NCBI RefSeq assembly: GCF_964355755.1
Contig: NC_092672.1
Coordinates: forward strand, 23,201,237-23,265,236
Origin: Antedon mediterranea
Taxonomy: Eukaryota; Animalia; Echinodermata
Direction: 5' to 3'
Length of the DNA stretch: 64,000 nt
Position 1 is the first letter of the stretch. Each line of letters opens with the position of its first letter. The position numbers and the translations under genes were made by a program. The notes beneath the pieces were generated by a model, which did not search any database, was not told the origin of the DNA, and saw only the letters and a list, made by a program, of their open reading frames with translations. This document shows, in pieces, positions 26,841 to 41,100 of the stretch.

Positions 26841-27783
26841 TGGGTGTCACGAAACCTAAGACCACGAAAGCTAAGACCCCCTAAGACCTAAGATCACGAA
26901 AGCTAAGACCCAACACCTAGATTACAAATATTTATCTTTCGCACCTGCCTTGTATTTTAACTCCCAACATTTATTCTGAATACCACACCTTAGAATTGGC
27001 ACTTTCATGAAAAAGAATCACATAAAAAGTAACAAATACATTTTTAAATTGATGATTTTACAGACGTTTTTCTCGCACACAAAATGACTAGCCTACAGTA
27101 CAGTAGGCCTACCCCATGGGCCATGTTCAATGTTTTTGTTTCTATGGAACGTCAAAAGAGCAAAAATTATATAGAGGGCTGAAAACTCTGTGGAGTCCAT
27201 CTACAGTGTGGATGGAACAATGTAAAATTAAAATTGTAATGATAATAGTATACTCATGCAAGTACGAAGAAATAAATACTGGCAAATAAATTTTAATTTA
27301 AAAATCATGATAAGTTTTTTTGTTTCGTTTTCTTTCTGTTTTTATACTTGTACTATTATTGTTGCTCTTTTGGCGCTCCATAGAAACAAACACATTGAGC
27401 ATGGGGAGCTCGAGGAGTTACATTACAGTATACAAAGAAACACATCTGTAAAATCATCAATTTAAAGGATTTATTTATTTGTTATTATGTGTTTCTCCTT
27501 CTGAAAGTACTTATAAGTCCTAATTTTAAAGTGTGGTGTTCAGGATAAAGTTAGTCAACAAATTTGGAGTCAAAATACAAGAAAGGCAGGTGCGTAAGAA
27601 AAACATCCTCTGAACCAACACAATGGAGTAAATATATACCAACAAACAACCCGTCAAGTTTGTTTGTTGTAAAGTAAAAATATACATTTACTCAACGGGC
27701 GAAAATAATGTGAGTTTATCTAGTAGTAGTATTAAATTATATTTATGGTAATAAATGAAACCTACTGTGTTTAAAATTATGTA
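26841..27783. mobile_element. Truncated inverted copy of the 58737-59847 element
   Basis: Near-identical reverse complement; lacks one TIR. Confidence 0.9.
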
Positions 27784-28494
27784 TAATAATAACCTATTAA
27801 TAGACTAGGCTTAACAAACTGATAATAGGCCTAGGCAGCCCAGTATAACTATTTAGTATTAATATTATAAACTAAAAAATCTATTTTATAATTGAACCCT
27901 GGGAAGTAGGCCTACAACTTGTGGCTTATTACTATGTTTTCATTTATGTACACACCTATAATTATATTATACTGTATAATGCCATTGTTGAATAAATAAA
28001 TGTTTTTTGAACAACAAACAGGCAATGTAGGGCCTAGGCTAACTAGTAGTAGGCCTATAAGCCTAGGCTATAAAGTATATTAGGCCTAGCTAGGCTAGGC
28101 TATTATAATTATAACTTGAATGAAAAATGCCTAGTGCAATTTAAAAAAGACTAGGCCTAGGCTAGGGCCTACCTAGCTTAGTAGCCTAGCCTAGGCCTAA
28201 TAACTAATATAGGCCTGGCTAGGTTATAAAGCCTACTAGAGGCCTACTAGCCTAGCTTCTAGCCTATCAAAAAGGAACACTTTAACTTTAACAAATAAAA
28301 TGTAAAGATATGGATTGATTCACTTACCACTAAACTGACATTGTGTATAAATAAACATTCTTGGTCTGATCGAAAAGGCCTACAACAAGCGAATGCTCCT
28401 TTTTTCTCTGATCATCTGCATCGTGCCTGCTGCTGCTGCAAAAAAGAAGCGGGAATTTGGGTGTAACAATTGTTATACACACGCACTAATATAT

Positions 28495-31400
28495 AGACAA
28501 CGGCTATCTATAATCTATTAACAAACTACATTTTACATTTTACATTTAACTTATATTCCATACCTACTAAATATCTATTATATATAGATAGATGGAGACT
28601 ACTACAAGTCTATTAGAAATCTATGAGTAACACAGTTTTGTATTATCTATCAACTGTCTACTTATAATAGATAGACAACAGCTATCTATAACCTATTAAC
28701 AAACTACATTTAACATATATTCCATACCTACTAAATATCTATTATATATAGATAGATGGAGACTACTACAAGTCTATTAGAAATCTATGAGTAACACAGT
28801 TTTGTATTATCTATCAACTGTCTATTTATAATAGATAGACAACAGCTATCTATAACCTATTAACAAACTACATTTAACTTTCCTTCCATACCTACTAAAT
28901 ATCTATTATATATAGTAGATGGAGGCTACTACAAATCTATTAGAAATCTATGAGTAACACAGTTTTGTATTATCTATCAACTGTCTATTTATAATAGATA
29001 GACAACAGCTATCTATAACCTATTAACAAACTACATTTAACATATATTCCATACCTACTAAATATCTATTATATATAGATAGATGGAGACTACTACAAGT
29101 CTATTAGAAATCTATGAGTAACACAGTTTTGTATTATCTATCAACTGTCTATTTATAATAGATAGACAACAGATATCTATAACCTATTAACAAACTACAT
29201 TTAACTTATATTCCATACCTACTAAATATCTATTATAATATATAGATAGATGGAGACTACTACAAGTCTATTAGAAATCTATGAGTAATACAGTTTTGTA
29301 TTATCTATCAACTGTCTACTTATAATAGATAGACAACAGATATCTATAACCTATTAACAAACTACATTTAACTTATATTCCATACCTACTAAATATCTAT
29401 TATATATAGATAGATGGAGACTACTACAAGTCTATTAGAAATCTATGAGTAACACAGTTTTGTATTATCTATCAACTGTCTATTTATAATAGATAGACAA
29501 CAGATATCTATAACCTATTAACAAACTACATTTAACTTATATTCCATACCTACTAAATATCTATTATATTTAGATAGATGGAGACTACTACAAGTCTATT
29601 AGAAATCTATGAGTAACACAGTTTTGTATTATCTATCAACTGTCTATTTATAATAGATAGACAACAGATATCTATAACCTATTAACAAACTACATTTAAC
29701 TTATATTCCATACCTACTAAATATCTATTATATATAGATAGATGGAGACTACTATAAGTCTATTATAAATCTATAGCCCCTTTCTCACAGATGTGCCTGC
29801 AATATACCGGTACAGTGCTGGCGTCGTGCCGGTATCGTTACCGGCATATAACCATTCTCATCGGACTATCGTGCCGGAAATATAACCGGTATATACCGGC
29901 TTTCTGTGAGAAAGGAGTCGGGCATATTCGGCCAATAAAAAGTCTCTGACAAAATAATTATTGAGGGCGTCCTTTAATGTTATTATTTTTGTCTAGCGAT
30001 GATATGGCGGCGAATGTCAAGTTACAGATTATTATCTTCCTTTATAGCATATTTATGCAATACATGCTATGTACAGTATATTGTGCATATATTATACAGG
30101 TATAGCAATTAATTTGTCGTCATCGGCAATCTGTAAAACACCTTAGAAGGCTGTAGGCCTACAATTTACAAGGCGACGAAAGGTCAGGCACCAACAAACA
30201 AAGAGCTAAATGGCCTAGCCTAGCGGCCTATAGATTATGCTACAAATTTCTTCTTGTCCCCTTATTTTAAGCAGCTCTCTTATCTCATTATCCCTCCAGT
30301 TCGACATTATTATTGTTAATTGAATTGAATAGGCGCCAAAGTGATACACTTGACCGCGCAATGTGTCTAGGCCTCGACGGGGAACCCCGGAATATAACGG
30401 CGATACGTTCTCACAGAATGCCCGTCTGGCATTGCGGGGAATATCCCTAGAATATTACTAGGTCTAAAGCAGGTCATGTCGATGCCGGCATGGTGCCGGC
30501 ATGATGCCAAGACGACCCGTTCTCACAGAAAACCATACCGGCATGGTAATGGTATATTCCCGCAATATTCCTGGCACACAACTCTGTGAGAAAGGGGCTT
30601 ATGAGTAACACAGTTTTGTATTATCTATCAACTGTCTACTTATAATAGATAGACAACAGCTATCTATAATCTATTAACAAACTACATTTAACTTGTATTC
30701 CATACCTACTAAATATCTATTATATATAGATAGATGGAGGCTACTGTAAGTCTATTAGAAATCTATGAGTAATACAGTTTTGTATTATCTATCAACTGTC
30801 TACTTATAATAGATAGACAACAGCTATATATAACCTATTAACAAACTACCGTTAACTTATATTCCATACCTACTAAATATCTATTATATATAGATAGATG
30901 GAGGCTACTGTAAGTCTATTAGAAATCTATGAGTAATACAGTTTTGTATTATCTATCAACTGTCTACTTATAATAGATAGACAACAGCTATCTATAATCT
31001 ATTAACAAACTACATTTAACTTGTATTCCATACCTACTAAATATCTATTATATATAGATAGATGGAGGCTACTGTAAGTCTATTAGAAATCTATGAGTAA
31101 TACAGTTTTGTATTATCTATCAACTGTCTACTTATAATAGATAGACAACAGCTATCTATAACCTATTAACAAACTACATTTAACTTTTTTTTCATACCTA
31201 CTAAATATCTATTATATATAGATAGATGGAGACTACTACAAGTCTATTATAAATCTATGAGTAACACAGTTTTGTATTATCTATCAACTGTCTACTTATA
31301 ATAGATAGACAACCGCTATCTATAACCTATTAACAAACTATATTTAACTTTTTTTTCATACCTACTAAATATCTATTATATATAGATAGATGGAGACTAT
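28495..31400. repeat. 164-bp satellite, ~13 copies, interrupted by a MITE
   Basis: GACTACTACAAGTCTATTAG at 28597, 28761, 29088 and onward. Confidence 0.95.
29775..30599. mobile_element. PIF/Harbinger-like MITE, 3-bp TSD
   Basis: TIR AGCCCCTTTCTCACAG; TSD TAT, verifiable against the satellite consensus AATCTATGAG. Confidence 0.9.
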
Positions 31401-32189
31401 TCCCTGTCTACATAAAAACTCTTAAGGTGAAAAATATCATTAAAAACTACTAACAATGATGTAGCTTAAAGACCTACTTTAAATAGTGCTACATCAACTA
31501 TGATACAACTACCTACTGTGTACTTTTAATAGGTAGTACCTATATGTCACCTATCTATTTTATGTAGTCAGAAAGTAGTCAAAGAAATTATGATAAAATC
31601 CTTAGTAGCCAAGAGAAAAAAACTACTAACGGCCTATTAAGCCTACTAAGGATAGAGCTATTTCTATTAAAGACTATCTAAATATACTTAGTTATTTCGT
31701 TATGGGCAGACTATATTTGGGTGGCATGGTCTGAGTCCTTGGTATCTAGGGCCTATATATGTGTACCACACTATTTTTCAATTCAATTTGAATCAGCTTT
31801 TATTATTTCACAACAAAAAAAAAGCTATGCTTTTAGTATTAAAAACTAGATGAATATATACGAAATATAACACAATTCAGCCTATTTTTTTTCTTAGAAA
31901 TTAATACTTAAATTATGTAATTAATGGATAATTTATTACAGTTGTTTTTAACCATTATTTTATATGATTTTACTGATTCGCACTTTACTGTCATTATTTT
32001 TACTTCTTTGTACAGTGTATAACTGTATATTGCTATATTTGATCAAATTTGGATATGTTGTAGAATAGACGTCACTGAATCCAAAAAGTATTTGCTCCAT
32101 TTTCATACGCAAGTGAGGGGGGGGTGGGGGGGGGGCTAGGGATGCTTTTCATCCATTTTTGTTCTAAAATTGTTAAAATATTTCTTTCA

Positions 32190-33170
32190 TTTATTTATTT
32201 ATTTCAATTTACAAATATATAAATATAAAGTGGAGGAGCCTAAAAGAAAGCAAAGCTTGTGGTGAATAGGCTCCTCAAAACAAAAAATAAAATATAAATA
32301 ATTACAACACAATTAGAAACTCCAAAAAGAAACAACAATTTAACTAATATCTTTTCTCTAACACATAAGTTTAACATGTTTAAAACGAAAAAACAAGTAA
32401 AAAATAGATTATATAGATTATTTAAGAAATATCCAAATATGTAAATAATAAAAGAATTTACAAAGAATCAACAACCAATAATAGTTTAAATTTACGTTTA
32501 AATAAAGCACAGTTATGAGATTTTTAAAGAAATAAAGGGAGAGAATTCCAGAGTTTAGGTCCAGTGTATACACCGGGTGTTCATTTTAAGACTAGTTCGA
32601 GTAAGTGGCAGATGATACTGATCTTTTTGTCTTGTTTGGTGAGTGTGGTATTGTTTATTTTGTGTGAATTTACTGGATATTATGGGTAGTGTTCAGGTTA
32701 ATTGAAACATGATGACACCAACATTAGATCTATAGAGGTCCTCAATTTTTAATATTTTATTTTTTTGAAAGAGATCTTGGGTGTGAGCACGAAAAGTTTC
32801 CCCTGAGATAATTCTGACACTCGTTTCTGGATTAATAACATTTTAGTAATTATTGATTTTGAAGCATTTCCCCAAGCAATAACACCATAATTTAAGTATG
32901 ATAAAATAAGAGTAGAATATAAAATATTTAATACTTTTTGAGGAAATATTGATTTCAATTTATACATCATGCCAACATTTTTTGATAATAATTTGCAAAG
33001 GTAATTAACATGGGCTTTCCAGTCAAGTCTGTCGTCAATATACCAAGAAATTTTGTGTTGGTTATTTGATTAATAGGAACATTATTGAAAATAATATCTT
33101 TTGGTAACATACTATATTTATTACTAAACAACATAACATTGGTTTTTAGCATATTTAGTGATAGCATGTT
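32190..33170 (-). mobile_element. 5'-truncated CR1/L2-group LINE, decayed
   Basis: ORF pieces LSLNMLKTNVMLF..KFLGI, LYSTLILSYLNYGVIAWG and GPKLWNSLP, with frameshifts. Confidence 0.85.
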
Positions 33171-33172
33171 TG

Positions 33173-33530
33173 TTTATGACATTAAAAGATGTTATTGAGA
33201 TAGAAATTCAATCATAAAAGTACCAATAAATGTTCAAATAATATTTCACATCATTTTTGTAACTGAACAAGTCAAAATGGCCACCATTATGCCCAAAATG
33301 GCCCTTTTATCTAAAATGGCCACATATATCAATCAAATATTTAGGAAGCTATTTTCTAAGATATCACTCCTTAAAAATGACCAAAACTTCAAAATTAACT
33401 ATACAATTTGTAAAAAATCACACTTTTTGCAGCTTCCTCAATAAAAACCTATTTAAGATTGCAATACTAAATGTCATATGCTGTTTACCAACCATCTCAA
33501 GAAGTCATACAGAAAATATAAACATGGTAT
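33173..33530 (+). repeat. Direct repeat of 63626-64000
   Basis: GAAATTCAATCATAAAAGTACCAATAAAT through AAGAAGTCATACAGAAAATATAAACATGGTAT, colinear. Confidence 0.9.
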
Positions 33531-34367
33531 GTGAATTATTTATGACTAGATGGTATGCGAATGAAGTAAACGTACCATCTAGGGGTCCCCACAGATGGTT
33601 CTCGAATACAATAGAACCCACCGGGGACATTTTTGGGACACTAAACAAATACGGAAGTGTCCCTTTAATTGGAGTATTCGGAAATAAAGACAAAATAACG
33701 AATACTGGACAATTAATTGATGTGGATTCAAGAAATTGAGGAGAAATGAAAATTGGGATTGGGCGGCACGGGGTGGTGGTGATGGAACCGCAGTAATAAA
33801 GTTGATTGTATTTATACAGTATGAGAACCACACTAAATAAATACAGTAAGATATTTGGCGATCGCAAACGGTAGCTCTTATTTAGTAGTAAACTGTAGTG
33901 TACCTCTTATTAAGCTATGGATTATGAGACAGTTTGCTAAATATTTAGGACTAATCATCGATTGCGGTGTTAAAATTCCTTGAAACATTTGTGTGAAAAA
34001 AATGGGATCGAATTCCTGTCATGGGTACTGATTTGTTGGGCCGTGATTTATGACGCCTATCTATCTAGACTTATTGTTTTCGAATAAATGTACGTACCTA
34101 TCAGATACACTTGTCTTGTGTCGTATAACAAATAAATACTGTAATAGTTACTGAAGTTAGTATTACAACCTCGTCAATAAAAAAACAAATATGTACTGTA
34201 TATGTTTATTCACCTATTTATGAAAACGCATACTATAAAGTTTCCTTTGTAAAATGATGTAATCAAGCTGTTTACACGAGTAATTAGAAACCAAATTGTA
34301 GTTGGAGAAAAGAAACTACGAAACATGTTTATGTTATGTTGTGTGCCGTTATGTTTTCACCATTGAC

Positions 34368-34600
34368 AGCCATTGGAGTAGAGCTGTATCATAGAGGTTG
34401 GTGTTTGCCTTCCAATCCCAAGGTCCGGGGTTCAATCCTGATTTAGTGCCATATGGTTATAACTCACACTCTTTCAACTGCACTCCCTAAGCCTCAAATG
34501 AGACTTAGTTTAACTGCATGATGCCTATTATCTCTATGATAATCATTTGATTTCAGAACTTGATGTTGTATGAGTAGGCCTAATAAAGTTTATTTTGTAT
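34368..34600 (+). mobile_element. Degenerate tRNA-derived SINE
   Basis: B-box GGTTCAATCC after TTCCAATCCCAAGGTCCGG. Confidence 0.45.
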
Positions 34601-34744
34601 TCTTGTTTATGTAACCATGTACACATCAGTAGGCCTAATTAAATATCTGGTTGGATTGTTACCGAAAACGTGAACTATAGCCGCAAAAAAAAAAGACCTA
34701 GTTTAGTTCTTATAAGCTATACACTGCCGGTTTGATGAATCTAT

Positions 34745-34920
34745 CGGTCGTGGATCTAAATTTGTTTTAATTGTCAATAACTAATTATATAACTCAATTT
34801 AATTAGTAAACAGGGTTACATCAGGTGGTTAAAATCAGTACCGAAAGTATGAACCAACTTTATATACCATCGAGTAAACATTCTAGAAGTAACATTGATT
34901 TACCAAATTTTGCCCTCAAA
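34745..34920 (+). repeat. Dispersed repeat, second copy ~53740-53910
   Basis: Shared AATTGTCAATAACTAATTAT..CAGTACCGAAAGTA..CATTCTAGAAGTAAC. Confidence 0.8.
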
Positions 34921-35718
34921 TACAGAATACGCAGATTTTAAATTATGTGTTTACAATCCACTTGACTACCCAAATAAATATAATAACATTTGGTCAAGTA
35001 TTAATTTGTAAAGTTATTACTACATAAAAATTGGTCCAGACCTAAAAAAAGGCTATAATTGCAGAGCTATTGCTCAAAATTGACTGGAACTTTCAAAATG
35101 TAGACCCTGAACGAAATTCATTTTCTAGGCCTTTTTTCAGCTACTGCTTATGGCCTAAAAATTAAGTTTGAGAAGGAATTGCATTATATATCTAGCATTC
35201 GTGTGTTCTGCCATTGTCAGAAATATTTTAAAATGTTTTTCAAAAATGTTACTTGCTAATTTATATTTATCATGGGTTAATTGAATTGGTGTAATTTTGA
35301 ATTCATTATGGATTTTAAGATCATCAAAGAATAAGTGGTATTTAAGATCTAGAGAGCTAGTAGAAAACAATTCACAGAACATGGATAGATTATTATTGTT
35401 TAGTTCATCTTTAAGGTTCATGAGTATTGGTTTTCTTAAATGTATAAGTCGTTTGCATTAAAATACGAAATGATATACAGTTTCGTTTTCATTACAATTA
35501 CACAATAAACATATACCTGAATTTTGAGGTGACTGTGCTTCTTTTCTACCTTCAAGTGGTAGTGAATTGGAGCTGAATTTTAGGCCTGAAGTATATGGTA
35601 ATACACTTATCTAATAGATTTTTGTTTTCTAATTTTGGAGAGGTTTTAGTGACCAGAAGAATAGTAATTACTTTGTTGCATTGACAAATTTACACTTTTG
35701 TGCTTTTCTTTTTTTTAG

Positions 35719-37782
35719 CCATCTCTGAAACAGCTTTGGAGAAATTTAAACGAGGGTAAACTAGATGAAAAACTGTTGCGGCATATTTGGAAGGAGTCAG
35801 ATGAGATGATTATCTTCTTTGTGTCTCTAATGCAAACCTTTGGGTTAATGTGTGAAAAAAGGAGTAAAGAGGTATTTACATTTTATTTAAAATATTTAAT
35901 TCAATTATTTTTTAATATATTCCATCTACTACTCATGTTCTATTTTTTTTTCTATAGAATGTTGGACGAACGTTCTATGTTCTTTCACGCCTAAAGCCCC
36001 TACGTGATGATACAGAGGCTGTTGAATATGAAGAGAAGCGTGCTGTTTCTCTCTTTCATGACTTTGATGGCTACCTTCCAGATGATCTCTTTCAACGTGT
36101 TGCGACTAAATTTATCGAGCAATTTCAAATGGAAGATGTTGAGCCTACATTATCTTACGAGCATGTAGAACTGAATATTAATGGCCATCATCTTGTCGTT
36201 CTAAACGTAGCTACCATCAACAATTGCCGTTTGTTCCAGGTAAACTTAATAATGCAATCATGACTTGAATGCCAGTAAAATCACAAGTATTATATTGGGG
36301 GATTGTTCTTATGTTAACAGATATTAAAATATACACTGTCAGTAACTTTAAATTTACTTGGTTTATTGCCATTTCTGGAATGATATCAGTGGTAATCACG
36401 TTGGAATTGATTTGTTTTTTTGTAATTGCAGACAACAATTGTCAGAACGAAAATCATGAACACAGAATCAGGAAACAGCTCTCCTGCTAGCCCTTCTAAA
36501 GATGATGATCCACAACCTAGCATCTGTAAGAAGGTAAGCTATAAGTACCAAATAAACTAAAATACTTTATGCTACATTGAATTAGCACAAACTTTGAATT
36601 TCATTAGTTTAGCTGTTGTTACAGAAGTGTGTTGATTTTACAATGTTATCTATGCCTAGTATAATTTACTTGCTTGATGATATTTGGTCAATGTAAATGT
36701 ATAAGCTCTGTGAATCTGGGTTGTTTATTGTGTAGTAAAAGTAATTTCTTGATATTATTTGGCATACAGTATCTGTGTATCTGAGTTCAAATATTTTTTT
36801 TTTAAATGAATGAACAAGACAAGCCCAGTTGCCAGATTATACATGGTCTATGGATATAAGCTTGTTTATTCTTGTAAAGGCGTGTATTAGATTTTGGACT
36901 ATTGATTGTGAGTTCAAATCCAATGCTCGTCGCATTGCTTGTACCAGCTGCATTATGGGAGTATTTTTCCATACGTGTTTGATCCAAAAATGACCAGGGT
37001 AATAATTTATACAGTGCTTAGAGGTTTCACAACATTAGGCGCTTTATAAATCCAGGAAGGATAATATTATTATTATTCTCTATAAGTCATTTTAAATGTA
37101 GTAAATGTGACAGGGACAAGCCAGATCAGTAGCCTATCGCAAATATTTAATTTGGAGATAATATCATATCATTATGCAGCTAATTTTCTGTTTTATAATG
37201 GTAAAAAAATTATTGTAATCCGACTTTTAATTACAAAGTTATGGGAAATTTATAACATGTATGTGTTGGAACTCTCTGGATTATGTTTCGGAGAAATGTG
37301 TGTTCAAAGTTTACCGACACGCTGCTGGGCCGTGGTGGCCTTCGCTGAACAGCGAGGCTGAATGAACGCCCGAACAACGGACAAGAGGACACAGAGAACA
37401 CGGTTTTATTATTGTTCTAGTTATCAGATGTTAATAAAATTCCGGAATTTGTTTTTATTTTATTCTCGACAAGCGACTGGTTTGACTTGTCTGTGCCACA
37501 AATTCATTTTATTGATATTATTTATAATATTCTATAACAATATTTATTATTCTTATTTTTTCTAGGTCCTTAATTTCCTTGAAGAAGAATTGCAAGTTTT
37601 AAGTCAGAATGGTGCACGTGGTGTTGAAGTAAAGATGTACATCCGTTGTGCATGTTCAAATAGTGAACGTACTCATATGCAGGCTATTCGCAAATTTGAC
37701 CAAGATGTGTTGCCATGTAGAAGCAGAGCAATGGACGTGAAACGTTACCGTAAACTGTTTAGCAAAATAGAAGTAGAACAAG
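35719..37782 (+). CDS. Exons encoding the C-terminal half of a COR domain (Roco protein)
   Basis: Exons 35719-35871 (LNEGKLDEKLLRHIW..LMQTFGLMC), 35958-36239 (FYVLSRL..FDGYLPDDLFQRV), 36432-36533, 37566-37782; all open and phase-compatible. Confidence 0.8.
36800..37077 (+). mobile_element. L2-type LINE/SINE 3' tail
   Basis: Ends GGCGCTTTATAAAT...(ATT)n. Confidence 0.5.
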
Positions 37783-38138
37783 GTATAGGCCTAATAATCC
37801 ATAATAAATACGGCATAAAACAAAACATGCAAACATATTTTTGTTCTTTAACTAATGATACTTGTGACATACAATTTCACAAACTTCAAATTTTCAGTTG
37901 ATGCATTTTAACCTTTATCTGTAGTTTTTATGTTATATGTTATAAAGAGAAAAATAAACCATCAGAAAATGCTTATAATGCGAGTGGCAGCAATGCCAAA
38001 TCTCGATCTTTATCAAAAGTTCAAAGAACTGCTGGTAGCATCATCTGATGGATCATGTAGATGTGGAAGGCAACAAACAACTGACATAGACCATTTTAAA
38101 TCTCTATGTTTTATTAGCCTCTTTATCTACTCGCACTA

Positions 38139-41100
38139 GATAATAATAATAATAATAATAATTTATTGGAAACTTCACTTTTACAACAGTGGCACACTTT
38201 GATGATAAAGGTGCGTCCAAATAATAACATACAAGAATAAATAAAATTATTAACTTAAAAATAAATCAAAATGAATGAATGAAATACAAAACATAACTCT
38301 TACAAAAACAAAACAAAATAAATAAATACTTTAAATCAAAATAAATAAATAAAACAAACTTAAGAGGAATAAAAATAAATAAAAATGTTTAGATACACAC
38401 AAAATAAATAACAAAATTAATTTCATGGTATGAATCAAAATAAAGAGTATAACAGTGTGTGTAATACTCAACACTAAGGCATAATAAATAAAATAAAAAG
38501 ACAAAGATTACTAAACAGAAATCAAAATGACACACAAAAGTTGAAAAGCAATTCAAAACACAACAGCATTGACATTACAAGTTTAAAAGAGCACAACGTT
38601 CTTCCATAAAGATTTAGCCAATGATTTACAAAATTACATGTTAGGAGAAAGTGCATAATGGTTTCTTCTTCATTTCTGTTGCACAATTTACAACAACCAT
38701 TAGCATTAGGGTCATTTGACCATTTAGATGTTTTTCTTTCAAGGGGAAGGGTGTTTGATCGCAGCTTAAATTTTAACGATGCTCCTTCAAAGTCAATTTT
38801 ATCAAGTAGATACTGTTCAAGTTTTGGTTCATTTTTTATATACATATAATGTTCAATTGACGTTTTACATTTACCGTCTTCAACCCAGTACGAGAGAGCT
38901 AGATTTTTCATAATTATTTTTGTATTGGAAGCCCAGTTGGCATCAAAGTTATCATTACCATTTCGAATATCAGAAAAAATATCATGTGTACCACAATTAT
39001 CAATGATATTTCAAACACACAATGGAATTTTAAATGATAGATCATTAAAATTCTGTCAATTTAACTAGTGTTTTCAGTAATATCCTAGGCCAACGTTCAT
39101 CTTCCATCTTTAAAATTCTTTCCATATAATTAATTCTATTTACATTTTGAATATATGAGATTTTTGACCACCCAAGTTCCCCATAAAGAGTAGCACAAGG
39201 AGTATTCCTAGAGGCCTTAAGGATAAACCTTGCCATTTGTAATTGTAGTCTTTCAATTCTTTCACAATCACTTTTGCTACCAACCCAAATAGTACTACCA
39301 TAATTTATTGATGGAAGTGCAATTGTTTGCCAGAGGATATCACCATAATATACTCTATTAAAATTGTTTAAATTACCAATTATGGCTTTTATATAGCCTA
39401 TGAGTCGGTTACATTTTTGTATAATATATTCTACATGGCTATGGTCATTTGCACCTCTTGATATCATTACACCTAGATATTGATACGTTTCACACTCAGT
39501 TATCGACTGGTCTCCTAATTTCCATAACTTTTGTTTATCTATTTTCTTACCTACAACAAGTATATTTGATTTAGTTGGGTTAAATTGCATTTTCCAATCA
39601 ATGGCAAATTTTGCAGTTAGCTGTAAACATGTGAGTCATTTGTTGCTCATTTTCAGCTAATAGCACAATATCATCTGGCCATATGTTATTAATATGAACT
39701 CCTATATCATTTAATTTTAAAATGTTTGTGAGCTCATTGATAAATATACAAAACAGAATAGGAGATAGCACACATCCCTGTCTAAATCCTTGTTCAATTG
39801 AAAATTCATTAGTTACAGTATCGACAAATTTTACTTTCCCTTTGACATTTGCACACATGTTATCAATAATTCTCCACAAACGCCCTCTTATTCCTATATT
39901 CCATATGGCTTTCAGGAGCCCATCTCTCCAAACGGAATCAAATGCCTTTCGGAAGTCCAGGACAGCTAGATAGGTGTTTTTTCCTTCTTTTTTTCTTAAA
40001 GCAGTTATACTTTTAATTTACAAAAATATGGTCCTCACACCTATGATCTTTCCTGAAACCACCCTGGACTTCCGTCAATTCATTATCACTTTCCAAATAG
40101 TTTGATACATTCATAGCAATTACTCTATTAAATAATTATGATACACAAGATGTAAGAGAGATTCCACGATAATTGTTCAAATCTCTCTTATCACCAAGAT
40201 TGGAATAATTAAACTTAAATTCCAGTCTTCTGGTGGGTGTTCAAAAAGGATGATTCTATTAAATAAATCTAACAGATATTTTACCATAATATGACCACCA
40301 TTTTTTTAAAGTTCATTAGCAATGTTATCTTTCCCTGGAGATTTAAATTTTTTTTTTCACATAGAGGATCTGTAGCCTCATCCTCATCTCTGAACAAGAC
40401 TTGTTTCTAATGTTTTGTATACAGTTCTCAGTCATGTATACATTATTAATGAATGTATTATTTTTAGAATTACTTAGTGATTCCCAATAGTTTCTTAATG
40501 TTTCGGCTTTTTCTTCAACGCTAGTAACTTGTTCCGACCCTGGAACCTTAAAACAATCAATATTTTGTTTGTTAAACTTTGACCCTCTAATTGTTTGCCA
40601 GAATTCCTTACAATTATTACCTCCTTTGTTTGCAATTAACAATTGATTTATCTACCCTCATTTCTAATATCTTAATATCAAATTCTTAGCAAACAACCGC
40701 TTTTATTGGTAATTCTGCCAAAGGAAGTCACATGTTGCAGCATCTTTGTCTTTTCTTTTAACATAATTTCTATGAATTTGCATCCCATTCTTTAAAATCC
40801 CTTTCTAAATAGGTAGTATATTCACTAAAATCTTCACCAAACTTAATGTTCCATATATATTTCTTACTACACCTATTATCTTTGTTTTTCGAGTTACTTA
40901 TATTTAATTTAAGTAGTAACATATTATAATATTTTGTTGTTTTGTTATTCAATACATTTTCATTGTAGATTCTGTCAGATTTACAATTGTTTTTTGTATT
41001 AATATAAGGATGAGATATAACACAGGATGACAGTTTTAACACTTACCCCAAATTAAACAAGCATTATAAATAATGTATTTCTAAAAATCATCATGTCTCA

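Larger units (their letters stand above)
24284..31706. mobile_element. Second satellite-armed CACTA/EnSpm-like non-autonomous element
   Basis: Right end TTTCGTTATGGG; degenerate left end CATAACAAAA; different tandem arrays near each end. Left terminus and TSD not clean. Confidence 0.5.

Noticed and set aside
27256-27465. Duplicated hydrophobic ORF (also 59109-59399)
   Set aside because: Lies within two copies of a non-autonomous transposon; no protein motif.
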